In this document: in pieces, positions 44,159-53,047 of the stretch
Layout of the letters: each line of letters starts with the position of its first letter
How positions within the stretch are numbered: position 1 is the first letter of the stretch
Virus record (IMG/VR): IMGVR_UViG_2595698517_000001
Location: 32,001 to 96,000 of that record
DNA: 64,000 nucleotides
Direction: 5' to 3' (one strand)
DNA from: a virus
Taxonomy: Duplodnaviria > Caudoviricetes
Position numbers and translations under genes: made by a program
The notes under the pieces: model-generated
Databases searched by the model: none
What the model saw: only the letters and a program-made list of their open reading frames with translations
Told to the model about the DNA's origin: nothing

Positions 44159-44602
44159 TTAAGCTAAGACTAGCTGTTTGGCTTTACACACTAGGATTTC
44201 ATTCTTGTATTCATCTTCTATGGATAAGATGTCGAACTCAGTTAGATACTGCTTATAATCAACATAGTTATATGGTATCATAATATCCCTGTTGTTGACT
44301 ACCCATCTGTACCAAATTAAATCTAAAATCAGGTTCTGTTTATGAAACTCTTTCCGTGGCTCTGAGATGATTAGCTCCCCGTCAGGCTTTAGTAATCGTT
44401 TAAATTCTGCGAATAGTATCGGTAAGTCCTTTTCAGGAATGTGATGGATAACGTTTCTGCAATGGATCACATCACAAGAATGATCTGCTGCGTCAATAAC
44501 TTTGTAGTCTTTTATGTAGAAGTCATAGTTGGGTGTACCAATAAAATCAGATGAGAGGAAGCCCGCTTTCGGTTGGCTCCCTGAACCGTAGTCAAGTTTC
44601 AA
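44159..44602 (-). CDS. class I SAM-dependent methyltransferase (type 11-like)
   Basis: LDYGSG motif I; CDVIHCRNVIHHI; RLLKPDGELII. Confidence 0.85.
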   Translation of the reverse strand: MKLDYGSGSQPKAGFLSSDFIGTPNYDFYIKDYKVIDAADHSCDVIHCRNVIHHIPEKDLPILFAEFKRLLKPDGELIISEPRKEFHKQNLILDLIWYRWVVNNRDIMIPYNYVDYKQYLTEFDILSIEDEYKNEILVCKAKQLVLA

Positions 44603-44616
44603 TTAAAACATCCCCT

Positions 44617-44814
44617 TTAAATAATAGTATCGTAACCTAATACGTATTCTAATGCTTTCACACGTTCATTCCAGGCTTGGAAATCTTTTTCGTACCCATC
44701 GAACATTCCTGCTCTATGGTCTGCCAGGCTTGCTGTTTCCATTCTTTTTTTCCAAAAGTCCCGTTTCATTTTACTCTCTGCTAACTTTGCTTCTATTTCT
44801 TCTTGTGTTCTCAT
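44617..44814 (-). CDS. hypothetical protein
   Basis: GGAGG RBS. Confidence 0.65.
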   Translation of the reverse strand: MRTQEEIEAKLAESKMKRDFWKKRMETASLADHRAGMFDGYEKDFQAWNERVKALEYVLGYDTII

Positions 44815-45039
44815 TTACTCCTCCCACCGTGCTTCTTTTGCACATATACTTTTTAAATCGATGTCCACTCGGTTACCTTCTGCATCCGTAACCCACTCAC
44901 CATTGTATAGATGTTTACTCATAGTTTTCTTCAGTGCTTCTAGTGATGTAAACCTTTGGGAGTGAGGAACACCCCTAAGTGGCTTAGGAGTATTCCAACC
45001 TGTAGGAATCCAGTTTAAATATACGTGTTGCTCTTTCAT
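44815..45039 (-). CDS. hypothetical protein
   Basis: coupled ORF. Confidence 0.65.
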   Translation of the reverse strand: MKEQHVYLNWIPTGWNTPKPLRGVPHSQRFTSLEALKKTMSKHLYNGEWVTDAEGNRVDIDLKSICAKEARWEE

Positions 45040-45040
45040 T

Positions 45041-45775
45041 CTATTTACCTTCCTTGTTTAGATAAACGTATTGGTTGATATAGTCAGGTTGCTGAGAAAA
45101 GATTGGTGTGTCATAATCTACTGCCCAACGACTTCTCTGTGCTCCGTTCTTCTCATAATATTCTTTAACGATACAAGCTCCTCGTTTCTGCCATACAGGT
45201 AGATCATTCCAGTTAATGTCTTTCTCTAACATAAGCTTATCTTGCATTGCCTTTCCATCTAGACCTTGCAGAGCTTTGTGTGGGAAGATAGACTGTGCTA
45301 CCATCGCTACGCTGTTCTTAGAAGCGTCCTGCTGTCTCCATAAGAAGTAGTTATTAACCTCATCTTGTGGAAGCACCCAAGCTCTAGCATCGAATAATGC
45401 TAACTCTTTATCAGGGTATACACCTCTCATGATTTCATTGAACTTTGCTGTAGCCATTGAAGCTGCAACCGATACGATCTTCTGTAAGTTGTTATCGAAC
45501 CAAGATTGTGTTGACAGCTTATCGTAGTTTGTGATTAGTAGGCTGATTTCATCTGACTGTGTATAAGCTAACTTGCACCCCATAACGTTCTTAGCTAGGT
45601 ACTGACATGTTCCCCACATTGCTGCTGCTAACACTGCATCGAACGGTCTTTCCATTCCTTTAGTATAAGTGTGGAATGCCTTACCATCGATTCTGATAAC
45701 CACAGGCATTCTTTTCGGTAATTTCGTTCTATAAGAGTTTTCATAACCTTTCATACGATCTCCAAATGTTCCCAT
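45041..45775 (-). CDS. thg1: tRNA(His) guanylyltransferase Thg1-like 3'-5' polymerase
   Basis: RIDGKAFHTYT, YTQSDEIS, FDARA and WRQQDA motifs. Confidence 0.92.
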   Translation of the reverse strand: MGTFGDRMKGYENSYRTKLPKRMPVVIRIDGKAFHTYTKGMERPFDAVLAAAMWGTCQYLAKNVMGCKLAYTQSDEISLLITNYDKLSTQSWFDNNLQKIVSVAASMATAKFNEIMRGVYPDKELALFDARAWVLPQDEVNNYFLWRQQDASKNSVAMVAQSIFPHKALQGLDGKAMQDKLMLEKDINWNDLPVWQKRGACIVKEYYEKNGAQRSRWAVDYDTPIFSQQPDYINQYVYLNKEGK

Positions 45776-45815
45776 TGTATATTCCTCCTGTAACTTGTTT
45801 GTATTTTATAGTCTT

Positions 45816-45844
45816 AATTTACCAGGTTATTTGCTAACTGTCAA
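45816..45844 (-). promoter_or_regulatory. sigma-A-like early promoter
   Basis: TTGACA-17bp-TAAATT with TG. Confidence 0.75.
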
Positions 45845-45871
45845 CAACTATTTATAAAAAAAAAGAAAGCT

Positions 45872-46252
45872 CTATTTAAGAGCCTTCTCGTTTTCATCTT
45901 TAATTTCATTTAGCATTTTACGTCTGTCTAGTCGAACGAATATTGACCACAGCAACCAGGCAGATAAATATGATCCTGCATTACGTGATAAGAAACCTAG
46001 CATAAACATTACGAATACAGTCCAGTGATTAATAGGCACTGCAAAGAGCTGTAACAAGCCTATAACTCCCGCTATCATACAGACCTCGGCTAAGGCTGCA
46101 ACAATGATTACCGCAGCGCTACGACCCACTAGAGGGGTCTGTCCTATATCCTTTAATCGACTTGTCTCCTGGAACAGGTTTATCACGTTCATAACAAAGC
46201 TGCAAAATACAACAGCGTAAAGCGAAACAGTTAGTATATCAAAAGTATTCAT
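45872..46252 (-). CDS. membrane protein
   Basis: three TM helices; AGGAGG RBS before ATG 46252. Confidence 0.7.
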   Translation of the reverse strand: MNTFDILTVSLYAVVFCSFVMNVINLFQETSRLKDIGQTPLVGRSAAVIIVAALAEVCMIAGVIGLLQLFAVPINHWTVFVMFMLGFLSRNAGSYLSAWLLWSIFVRLDRRKMLNEIKDENEKALK

Positions 46253-46262
46253 AGTTTCCTCC

Positions 46263-47579
46263 TTATAGTAACTTTCCATCATGACCTAACCACAACGGGA
46301 TCAGTTCAGGAATTTTAGTTCCTTCCGTTAAAATAACTATCTGTTGTGATGGTGTCGTGGTCGGATAGTTACCTTGTCGGGAATATGAATTTTCTCCAAT
46401 CGTAGAACCTACTTGAATATGTAGTCGTGTAAAGCTTTCTTGGATAGTTTTAAATGAGTGTAGGTGCCCTGTAAACAGAATGTCCACTTGTCTACCGTGC
46501 GTCATAAACGCAGGAATCTTTTCATTGGACTTCGCTAAGTGGTCACCGTGAGCACCCGCTATACCTTGCCCTGCAATATCTAAATCAAATCGATATACGT
46601 CTTTTCGATTATCTGTAATCGTAACATTAGGAAGCTGACCTAATTTCTCTTGTAACATGATTAGGTTCTCTAATACCGTGTACGCTACAGAGTTATTGAA
46701 GATCGCTGTCTTCTTATCAGACTCGAATCGATCATGGTTCCCTGCTACCATACTGAATGTAACTGGTACAAACTTTGATAGTGTAATCAGCACATCGATT
46801 AGTAGCTGTTGCCCTTTTGCTATTTGTTCTGCAAAGGTGAACTCTAAATCAAATGACTGCGTAGAACGCATTGCGAAGTTTTCTACTAAGTCTCCTAAGA
46901 ATAGGACATGTACTTCTTTAATGTCTCTCTCCTGCACTGTACGTAATGTATATGACACGATTTCCTGGATAGATGTTTTCAATCTTTCGAAGTTATGGTC
47001 ACCCGTATGCATATCGTGGCTTATAAATCCTACATGCCAGTCTGATAAAGCTAGTATTAAAGTTTTATCCCCTACCTGGGGTTTCGTTGGTTCTGTTGTT
47101 AAATATTTCGCACGAGGTAAACCTTTTAGCTCCTCGACCAGGTGTTTCTTCAAGCCTTTCATTAACAGAGCCATGATCGTTCCGTCTTTTTGTAGCTTTC
47201 GTAACTCACGTAATCGAGTTGCATTGTCTTCCTTGTCCATTATGTAATTTGTAACATATGAAAATACATCTTCTTCTTTTATAGACTTGTCCTCATTAAA
47301 AGCATGAGGGATGTCATCAAGATTAACGTGTCCGTTCCAGGCTTTTAAATACAGGTTCTTAACTTCTAAGTCGTTCTCTACGGTGTTAGCAAAAGACATT
47401 AGTTCATCGTTCTTAACTTTAGCGTAGCCTAACTTAACGATTATCTTGTTAAATACAGCAGGGGCTATCTTCCCACGTTCCCGCATAAGATAACCCATGA
47501 CTATTGCATAAGCCCCTGATTCCTGTTTCAGTAATTCTTTTTCTTGTGCTGTTAATCTCTCGTTCGCCAAATTACTCAC
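46263..47579 (-). CDS. calcineurin-like metallophosphoesterase (Mre11/SbcD-like)
   Basis: SDWHVG, LGDLVE, AGNHD, AHGD and TGHLH motifs. Confidence 0.88.
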   Translation of the reverse strand: MSNLANERLTAQEKELLKQESGAYAIVMGYLMRERGKIAPAVFNKIIVKLGYAKVKNDELMSFANTVENDLEVKNLYLKAWNGHVNLDDIPHAFNEDKSIKEEDVFSYVTNYIMDKEDNATRLRELRKLQKDGTIMALLMKGLKKHLVEELKGLPRAKYLTTEPTKPQVGDKTLILALSDWHVGFISHDMHTGDHNFERLKTSIQEIVSYTLRTVQERDIKEVHVLFLGDLVENFAMRSTQSFDLEFTFAEQIAKGQQLLIDVLITLSKFVPVTFSMVAGNHDRFESDKKTAIFNNSVAYTVLENLIMLQEKLGQLPNVTITDNRKDVYRFDLDIAGQGIAGAHGDHLAKSNEKIPAFMTHGRQVDILFTGHLHSFKTIQESFTRLHIQVGSTIGENSYSRQGNYPTTTPSQQIVILTEGTKIPELIPLWLGHDGKLL

Positions 47580-47591
47580 TCCACGTAAATA

Positions 47592-47897
47592 TTAGGCTTT
47601 GAAAAACGTGTAAGCGAACTCAGTACCTTCCTGTGTATGTGGGTTGCGGACTTGATAACGTAAGATATATTCGTTACCTTTGTCTGCTCCGTCTGTAAGT
47701 CTGTAATGTGTTTCCACTACGTCTACGAACGACCCTCCCGTTTCTTTATCTGAAACGATTTCGTAACTTACACTAAACAAGTTTAAAGTTTCGATTAAGT
47801 CTGAAAATTTCTGACTTGTAGTGCTCCCACTAATTTCTGCGTATCTGTCAAACGCTCCTTGTTGATAAGGATACTTGACCATGTACATCCCCTCCAT
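47592..47897 (-). CDS. hypothetical protein
   Basis: ORF after an extended -10 (TGCTATAAT); true start probably at MYMVK. Confidence 0.65.
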   Translation of the reverse strand: MEGMYMVKYPYQQGAFDRYAEISGSTTSQKFSDLIETLNLFSVSYEIVSDKETGGSFVDVVETHYRLTDGADKGNEYILRYQVRNPHTQEGTEFAYTFFKA

Positions 47898-47945
47898 GAC
47901 ATTATAGCATATAAACCTATTATGATATTTGATAGAACCAACAAA

Positions 47946-48896
47946 TTACACTAACTTAGTAGCGATAGCGTTCCTCATTAGTTCTGCATAACCAACTCCT
48001 GAAAAGACAGTAGCAACACTTTCTTTTCCTCCACCTTCATTAATTAGCTGTGCAACTCTCCCTGCATGTACTCCTGCTGTACGTATAGAGAATATGTCAT
48101 TTCCTTTTGTACTGCGTCCTACACATACGATCGTAGGAACACCTGCGGGTCGCTGATTCAATAATTCGTTAGCGAGTTCGTTTATGTATTCCTCAGCAAA
48201 TACTACCTTAAGTAAGCATTGCTGTCCATCTACTGTTACAGCTTGTTCTTTCACTGTTGCAGCTTTTCTTTCGATATAGTCCTCCATACGCTCCATTTGC
48301 CCCTTAATAATCGGTGCGTGTGCTTTCAGTACCTCTTGTAATGAAAGACCCTTCATGAGCCTTGGAAGGCGCTTATAACTAGCATGGTACAATGCAATCA
48401 ATATACGAGTAGTATCGTTGCCTTCCCATGTCCAGGTGCGGTATGAATTGATAGCATTTACTAACCATTCTGACGTATCAGTGAACGTTATGTACTTCGA
48501 CAGGACGGTTGTATCAGGAGATGTATGTAATAAATTGAACAGAACCTTAATCGGATCAAGTTCCTCGTCTACTATCGATATGATATGGTTTCCTGGAATC
48601 GGTTTACCGTAGGTGCTAATGTGGACGAAATCCATAAATGGTGCGTCTACCTCTGTGTAGAACTCCTGGGGTAAGTTGTATCCTCGATAAGATAGTCCCA
48701 ATACTAAAATCATCTGTGCGTCTTTAAACCGTGTGTACTCCCTAAAGTCGAGGGTATTTGTGTAAACGACATCTAGTACTATATCGTCCCGTAAAACCTC
48801 TTGTATAACCGCTACACTGGTTACACCTTCAAATGTCGGGGGCACGAAGAGCCGCAAGTGTAACGGTTCGTCCGAATCTGCCTGGTCTTGATACAT
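47946..48896 (-). CDS. conserved hypothetical protein, degenerate DHH/DHHA1-like
   Basis: FSIRT...GGGKESVA C-terminus; own promoter TTGACG-18-TAAAAT at 48947-48976. Confidence 0.6.
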   Translation of the reverse strand: MYQDQADSDEPLHLRLFVPPTFEGVTSVAVIQEVLRDDIVLDVVYTNTLDFREYTRFKDAQMILVLGLSYRGYNLPQEFYTEVDAPFMDFVHISTYGKPIPGNHIISIVDEELDPIKVLFNLLHTSPDTTVLSKYITFTDTSEWLVNAINSYRTWTWEGNDTTRILIALYHASYKRLPRLMKGLSLQEVLKAHAPIIKGQMERMEDYIERKAATVKEQAVTVDGQQCLLKVVFAEEYINELANELLNQRPAGVPTIVCVGRSTKGNDIFSIRTAGVHAGRVAQLINEGGGKESVATVFSGVGYAELMRNAIATKLV

Positions 48897-49041
48897 CTAA
48901 TTCCTCCTTCACACATAGTTATACAGCTTATACAAACTGTACTCACATTTTATCATCGTGGTAGTGGAATCGTCAACAGAAAACTTGCATATATTACTAA
49001 TTTAGGACAAAAAAAAAGAGAGCGTTAGCCCTCTTCTTTCA

Positions 49042-49521
49042 TTAAGCTTTAGGAATAAGCTCGTCTCCACCTAATGCGAAGTCGTTTACGCCTAAAGAGT
49101 ATTCTGTTTTAACGAACTCAAGGAACGCTAATACAGCCATACGGTGTTCTTTACCTGCTACGATGTCCTTCTCCGTTTTAATCGTGTTACCACGGTAAAC
49201 GTCACGGTACTCTTTGTCATTACGACCTAAAGTGTACGTTACTTTTGTTGGTTCGATAATTACGATCGGATTTTTCAGATCATCCACGAATGATTTGAAG
49301 TCGTCCGCAGGAACTACAGGAACGATGTTCATTTTTTTGTAAGAACCGTCTGCTTCAGGAGCACCTACACCTACAACTTTGAATAGGTAGCGACCCTTTG
49401 CAAAAGAAGTTGTACCTTTAATAGTAGGAACGTAACCTGCTGCGTCTGTGATAGATGCTAAGTAATCGCCTGCTTTCAGCGTTACTGTAGCTTGTTTTAA
49501 TACTTCTGATAATTTAGCCAT
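49042..49521 (-). CDS. conserved late protein, possibly virion-associated
   Basis: co-transcribed with the holin after the late promoter. Confidence 0.65.
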   Translation of the reverse strand: MAKLSEVLKQATVTLKAGDYLASITDAAGYVPTIKGTTSFAKGRYLFKVVGVGAPEADGSYKKMNIVPVVPADDFKSFVDDLKNPIVIIEPTKVTYTLGRNDKEYRDVYRGNTIKTEKDIVAGKEHRMAVLAFLEFVKTEYSLGVNDFALGGDELIPKA

Positions 49522-49523
49522 TG

Positions 49524-49862
49524 TTATTCTCCCTTCTTGTTGTCAATCGACACTTGTTTAGCTACATGAGCTTGAACACGAGCTTGTTTTGAGATGTTGT
49601 TGTTCTTCCAAGTAGCATAGAAACCTGAGCCAAGCAAGAATAATGCTGAGATGATGTCGTACATGTTTTGTTGGTCTACTTCTAAACCTAGATTGTATCC
49701 AAACATTGCTGCCACTGCGTTAATAAGCGCAACTGCGAATACAAGCAAACGAACGATCACCATTGGTTCTACTTTCGGCACCTCTACAGGAACGAAAACA
49801 GAATGTTCAACATGTTTCTGCTCCTCTTGCTGTACTTGTTTATTCTCTTCCACAGCTATCAC
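49524..49862 (-). CDS. holin (SPP1 family)
   Basis: IVRLLVFAVALIN...WKNNNIS motif; two TM helices; start may be GTG 49853. Confidence 0.8.
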   Translation of the reverse strand: MIAVEENKQVQQEEQKHVEHSVFVPVEVPKVEPMVIVRLLVFAVALINAVAAMFGYNLGLEVDQQNMYDIISALFLLGSGFYATWKNNNISKQARVQAHVAKQVSIDNKKGE

Positions 49863-49883
49863 CCTTTCATAAAGTTCTCCTAC

Positions 49884-49893
49884 TAATATAACA
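49884..49893 (-). promoter_or_regulatory. Herelleviridae-type late promoter
   Basis: TGTTATATTA upstream of the holin. Confidence 0.65.
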
Positions 49894-49899
49894 GTAGAG

Positions 49900-50535
49900 T
49901 TAGTTTTCTAAGGATTCTCTTAGCTTTGTTTTAAGAAAAGTTTGCATATTCTTAATCTTGCTACGGACTAAAGAAGAGCTAATCTTCTCATTAGGGTGAC
50001 TATCCCTAATCTTCTGTTCAATCTGAACATCTGAAAGCTCCTGTATGATATAGAATAAGACCTGCTTTTCCATATCGTCTAGCTCTACACCCTTTAGTGC
50101 GAACTCTAAAGTTTCGTAGTAGTCTAGCTCCTCGTCATTAGATGGGTTCTGTTCAAGGAGGTTCGATACATCGAATGCGTTCCGTGTAACGAATACACGT
50201 TGGCTGTCACGGAATACAGATTTGATGTATGAGTTCTTCACCCGATAAGTAAGCTTAATCTTGATATAACCAGGGAAATCCACGTCCGAGCCTATATCAT
50301 ACTCTTTGACCAGGCGTATAAACTGTTCGTCAATATAACTTTTTAACTCGTCACGAGATACGGGATCAGCTAGGTAAGTTTTGTATTGGTTATAGATGCT
50401 GTTACGTAAGTTCTTATACTGGTGTAGTAGCTTATCTACATCTCGTAAGAATACGCCTGTGGATTCCTCTGTGTTGACTGAAAACCGATTACCATTCCAC
50501 AACTGTTCCTGCTCTCTCTCAATATCTCTAGGCAA
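49900..50535 (-). CDS. phage late RNA polymerase sigma factor
   Basis: EQFIRLVKEYD...VDFPGYIK motif; conserved position after recA in Herelleviridae. Confidence 0.8.
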   Translation of the reverse strand: MPRDIEREQEQLWNGNRFSVNTEESTGVFLRDVDKLLHQYKNLRNSIYNQYKTYLADPVSRDELKSYIDEQFIRLVKEYDIGSDVDFPGYIKIKLTYRVKNSYIKSVFRDSQRVFVTRNAFDVSNLLEQNPSNDEELDYYETLEFALKGVELDDMEKQVLFYIIQELSDVQIEQKIRDSHPNEKISSSLVRSKIKNMQTFLKTKLRESLEN

Positions 50536-50881
50536 AAGGATTCTCTCCTTCTACAACGACCTTGACATTCATTTTCTTGTTACAGAAAATATCGGAATAG
50601 TGAATGGTATACGGAATTTCTACTTCTTCTCCGTCATAATAACAAATGGACTTACCCATCGCCCATCTATCATGAATGTATTCGAATCGAACAACTACAG
50701 TTTGGACACTGTAGGAGTCTCTAATATCGATCATAACTCGTTTGCCTTCGTCTACCGTCTTTTGCAGCATCGCTTTAATGTCTGCGTATGGTGACGGGGC
50801 TACGGTACTACTGCTTTTTGTACGTTCTCTGTAATACTGTAACGTATTAGCGATAATATCTCCGTGGCTGTCTTTAAACAA
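50528..50881 (-). CDS. conserved hypothetical protein between recA and sigma
   Basis: GGAGG RBS; synteny. Confidence 0.75.
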   Translation of the reverse strand: MFKDSHGDIIANTLQYYRERTKSSSTVAPSPYADIKAMLQKTVDEGKRVMIDIRDSYSVQTVVVRFEYIHDRWAMGKSICYYDGEEVEIPYTIHYSDIFCNKKMNVKVVVEGENPFA

Positions 50882-50920
50882 GCTAAACCCTCCTCTGTTG
50901 TATGTAAAGATAAGAGGGGA

Positions 50921-52150
50921 TTAATTCCCCTCTCCATTAACAATCTCGTTGGCAACTGCATCTAGAGCGCTTTCCATGCTTGGCTGCTTTTCTAAGTTGG
51001 TAGCCATTGGTACAGGTAAAGGCATGATTTGGTCAATCCATCCTGAAATGTCCAATGTTTCATTCTTTAATGCAGGGTATCCTTCAGGGAACTCTTCCAA
51101 GATTAAACGGTTAAGTAACTCTTGGCGTACAGGTTGTCCTTCAGGCTCACGTAACCAATCAATGAAGTTGTCAATGCTCTTCTTGTGTGTCACGTTGAAT
51201 TGGTCAATGTATTCGTAACTCTGACCTACTTTAGGGAGGATTTTCGCTTCTTCAGCCATTTTAGCGAGATTGTACTCGTAATCGATACCATTATCAGAAA
51301 TTAAGAAACAATCTTCTTCCTGGAATGGACGAGATACTTTCGATTTCTGCGTCTTAACTCCCATAAGGTGACCTAACTTCTCTTTCTTACCTTTAATTGT
51401 CTTTTCGATTGCACCCTTCTTCTTGATCTCTAAGCGAAGAGATGCGTAGTGCTCCCAAGCTTTACCACCAGGAACGTTTACAGTAGGGAACATTTGGTTA
51501 CCACCGATATTGTCACGTACTTGGTTGATACCAATTAGTAGGGATTTAGATTCTGAAATCTGTGGAGCTACTTTCGTTACGAACTGTGTAATAGCTTTAG
51601 CTCGTGCCCCTACGTTTTGCTCACCGAAGTCTTTCTCTAACTCTACCTTCGAAGGTGTTTGTCCTACTGAGTCCCAAATATAAACAACTGGTACTCCTGG
51701 ATATTTAGCTTTGAAGACTTTTAAGGTTGTTTCGATTGTTTCCCCGATTTCCTCTACTGTTAAGTCGATACCCTTTTCTTCGTCAGGCTGTTTAACCAGT
51801 ACCTTACTAATATCAACTCCAATAGCGGCTAGACGCTCACGATCGGCTGTACCCTCTACGTCAATTAAAACTACGATACATCCTAGTGCCGCAGCTACAC
51901 GGGCTGCATGATGAGTAGTTACTGACTTACCTCCACTTGGCTTACCGTATATTTCTACCATTCGCCCAAACGGAAGTCCGCCACCCAAAATGCGGTCAAT
52001 CTTTGGTAAAAATAGCGGTAGTCTATCCTTTACTAGGGCGTAATCAGAATCCTGTAATATTACAAGACCTGCATCGTCCGCTAATGAGGATAAATCGATG
52101 TCTAAAGATGCGTTTGCTTTATTTTTACCTTTACCTTTTGCTTTTGCCAT
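50921..52150 (-). CDS. recA: RecA/UvsX-like recombinase
   Basis: GGGLPFGRMVEIYGKPSGGKS, IWDS, INQVR and PGGKAWEHYAS motifs. Confidence 0.93.
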   Translation of the reverse strand: MAKAKGKGKNKANASLDIDLSSLADDAGLVILQDSDYALVKDRLPLFLPKIDRILGGGLPFGRMVEIYGKPSGGKSVTTHHAARVAAALGCIVVLIDVEGTADRERLAAIGVDISKVLVKQPDEEKGIDLTVEEIGETIETTLKVFKAKYPGVPVVYIWDSVGQTPSKVELEKDFGEQNVGARAKAITQFVTKVAPQISESKSLLIGINQVRDNIGGNQMFPTVNVPGGKAWEHYASLRLEIKKKGAIEKTIKGKKEKLGHLMGVKTQKSKVSRPFQEEDCFLISDNGIDYEYNLAKMAEEAKILPKVGQSYEYIDQFNVTHKKSIDNFIDWLREPEGQPVRQELLNRLILEEFPEGYPALKNETLDISGWIDQIMPLPVPMATNLEKQPSMESALDAVANEIVNGEGN

Positions 52151-52194
52151 ATGTATGTTTCCTCCTAGTTAGCCAGTAAGCACACACCTAGTTG

Positions 52195-52566
52195 TCAATT
52201 AACTAACTTTAAGGTTAACAATTCCCCTTCGTCTTCTATGATCTGCCTATGGTCTGTATATTCACCGTCAACAGGGTTACTTGAAGGATGATAAGTTTCT
52301 ACTGCTGTCCCCGTGTGAACATCATATTTGTACACATGACCATTTGTTAACTGGTCTATAGCGTCCTTAATAGTATTCTGACTAGCAGCTAGTTTTCTTT
52401 TCACTATTACAAGCTTCGTGTTTAATACCCTAGTAACTACTTTAGGACTTTTAGGGTACATATAAATGTAGGTGTCATATGATTGACCCCTGACGAAATG
52501 AGCGATACTTTCCCGAGGTACCTCGATTGTGGTACCATTAAGTAAATGAAGTACAAGTTTATGCAT
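52195..52566 (-). CDS. hypothetical protein
   Basis: GGAGG RBS; follows tad1. Confidence 0.7.
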   Translation of the reverse strand: MHKLVLHLLNGTTIEVPRESIAHFVRGQSYDTYIYMYPKSPKVVTRVLNTKLVIVKRKLAASQNTIKDAIDQLTNGHVYKYDVHTGTAVETYHPSSNPVDGEYTDHRQIIEDEGELLTLKLVN

Positions 52567-52577
52567 CGTGCTTCCTC

Positions 52578-52967
52578 CTACTTTTTGTAAGTTCCTTCTA
52601 CGCCACGATTTCTACGATCAGTCGTACGTTTGTTTAACCACATTAACGCTTCTTCTAATTTCGTAATTGCCATAGCGTTTTCACGACAAGCAAACTTAGT
52701 GTTTTGGAAAAACTGTAAACGAGTAAGAATCATAGCGATTAAGTCTTCATTGAATACTCCGTTAACTCCTGCTTCTTTTACAGTACCTTCTTGGAAGTGT
52801 ACAGCGCCTACTACATTATTTCCTTCGCCTTCTGTACGTTCTACTTTGAAATAGTGAGGTGCATGTGATGTGAACTCTGTTTCATGAAATACCTTTGTGT
52901 ATACGCCACCTAATAGTTCGTGTTCTACCTCAGTAAATTGCTTTTCAGTTCCTGGTTCTTTATTCAT
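52578..52967 (-). CDS. tad1: Tad1 (Thoeris anti-defence 1)-family signal sponge
   Basis: APH..., FQEG..KEAGVNGV.NEDL, RLQFFQ..FACRENAMAITKLEEALMWL.KR..R..RGVEGT. Confidence 0.88.
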   Translation of the reverse strand: MNKEPGTEKQFTEVEHELLGGVYTKVFHETEFTSHAPHYFKVERTEGEGNNVVGAVHFQEGTVKEAGVNGVFNEDLIAMILTRLQFFQNTKFACRENAMAITKLEEALMWLNKRTTDRRNRGVEGTYKK

Positions 52968-53047
52968 CGTTGTTTCCTCCTAGTAAACAATAGTATTTTA
53001 AAGCAAGATATACCTAGCCTGAGTAGACTAGGTATAAATCAGTTATG

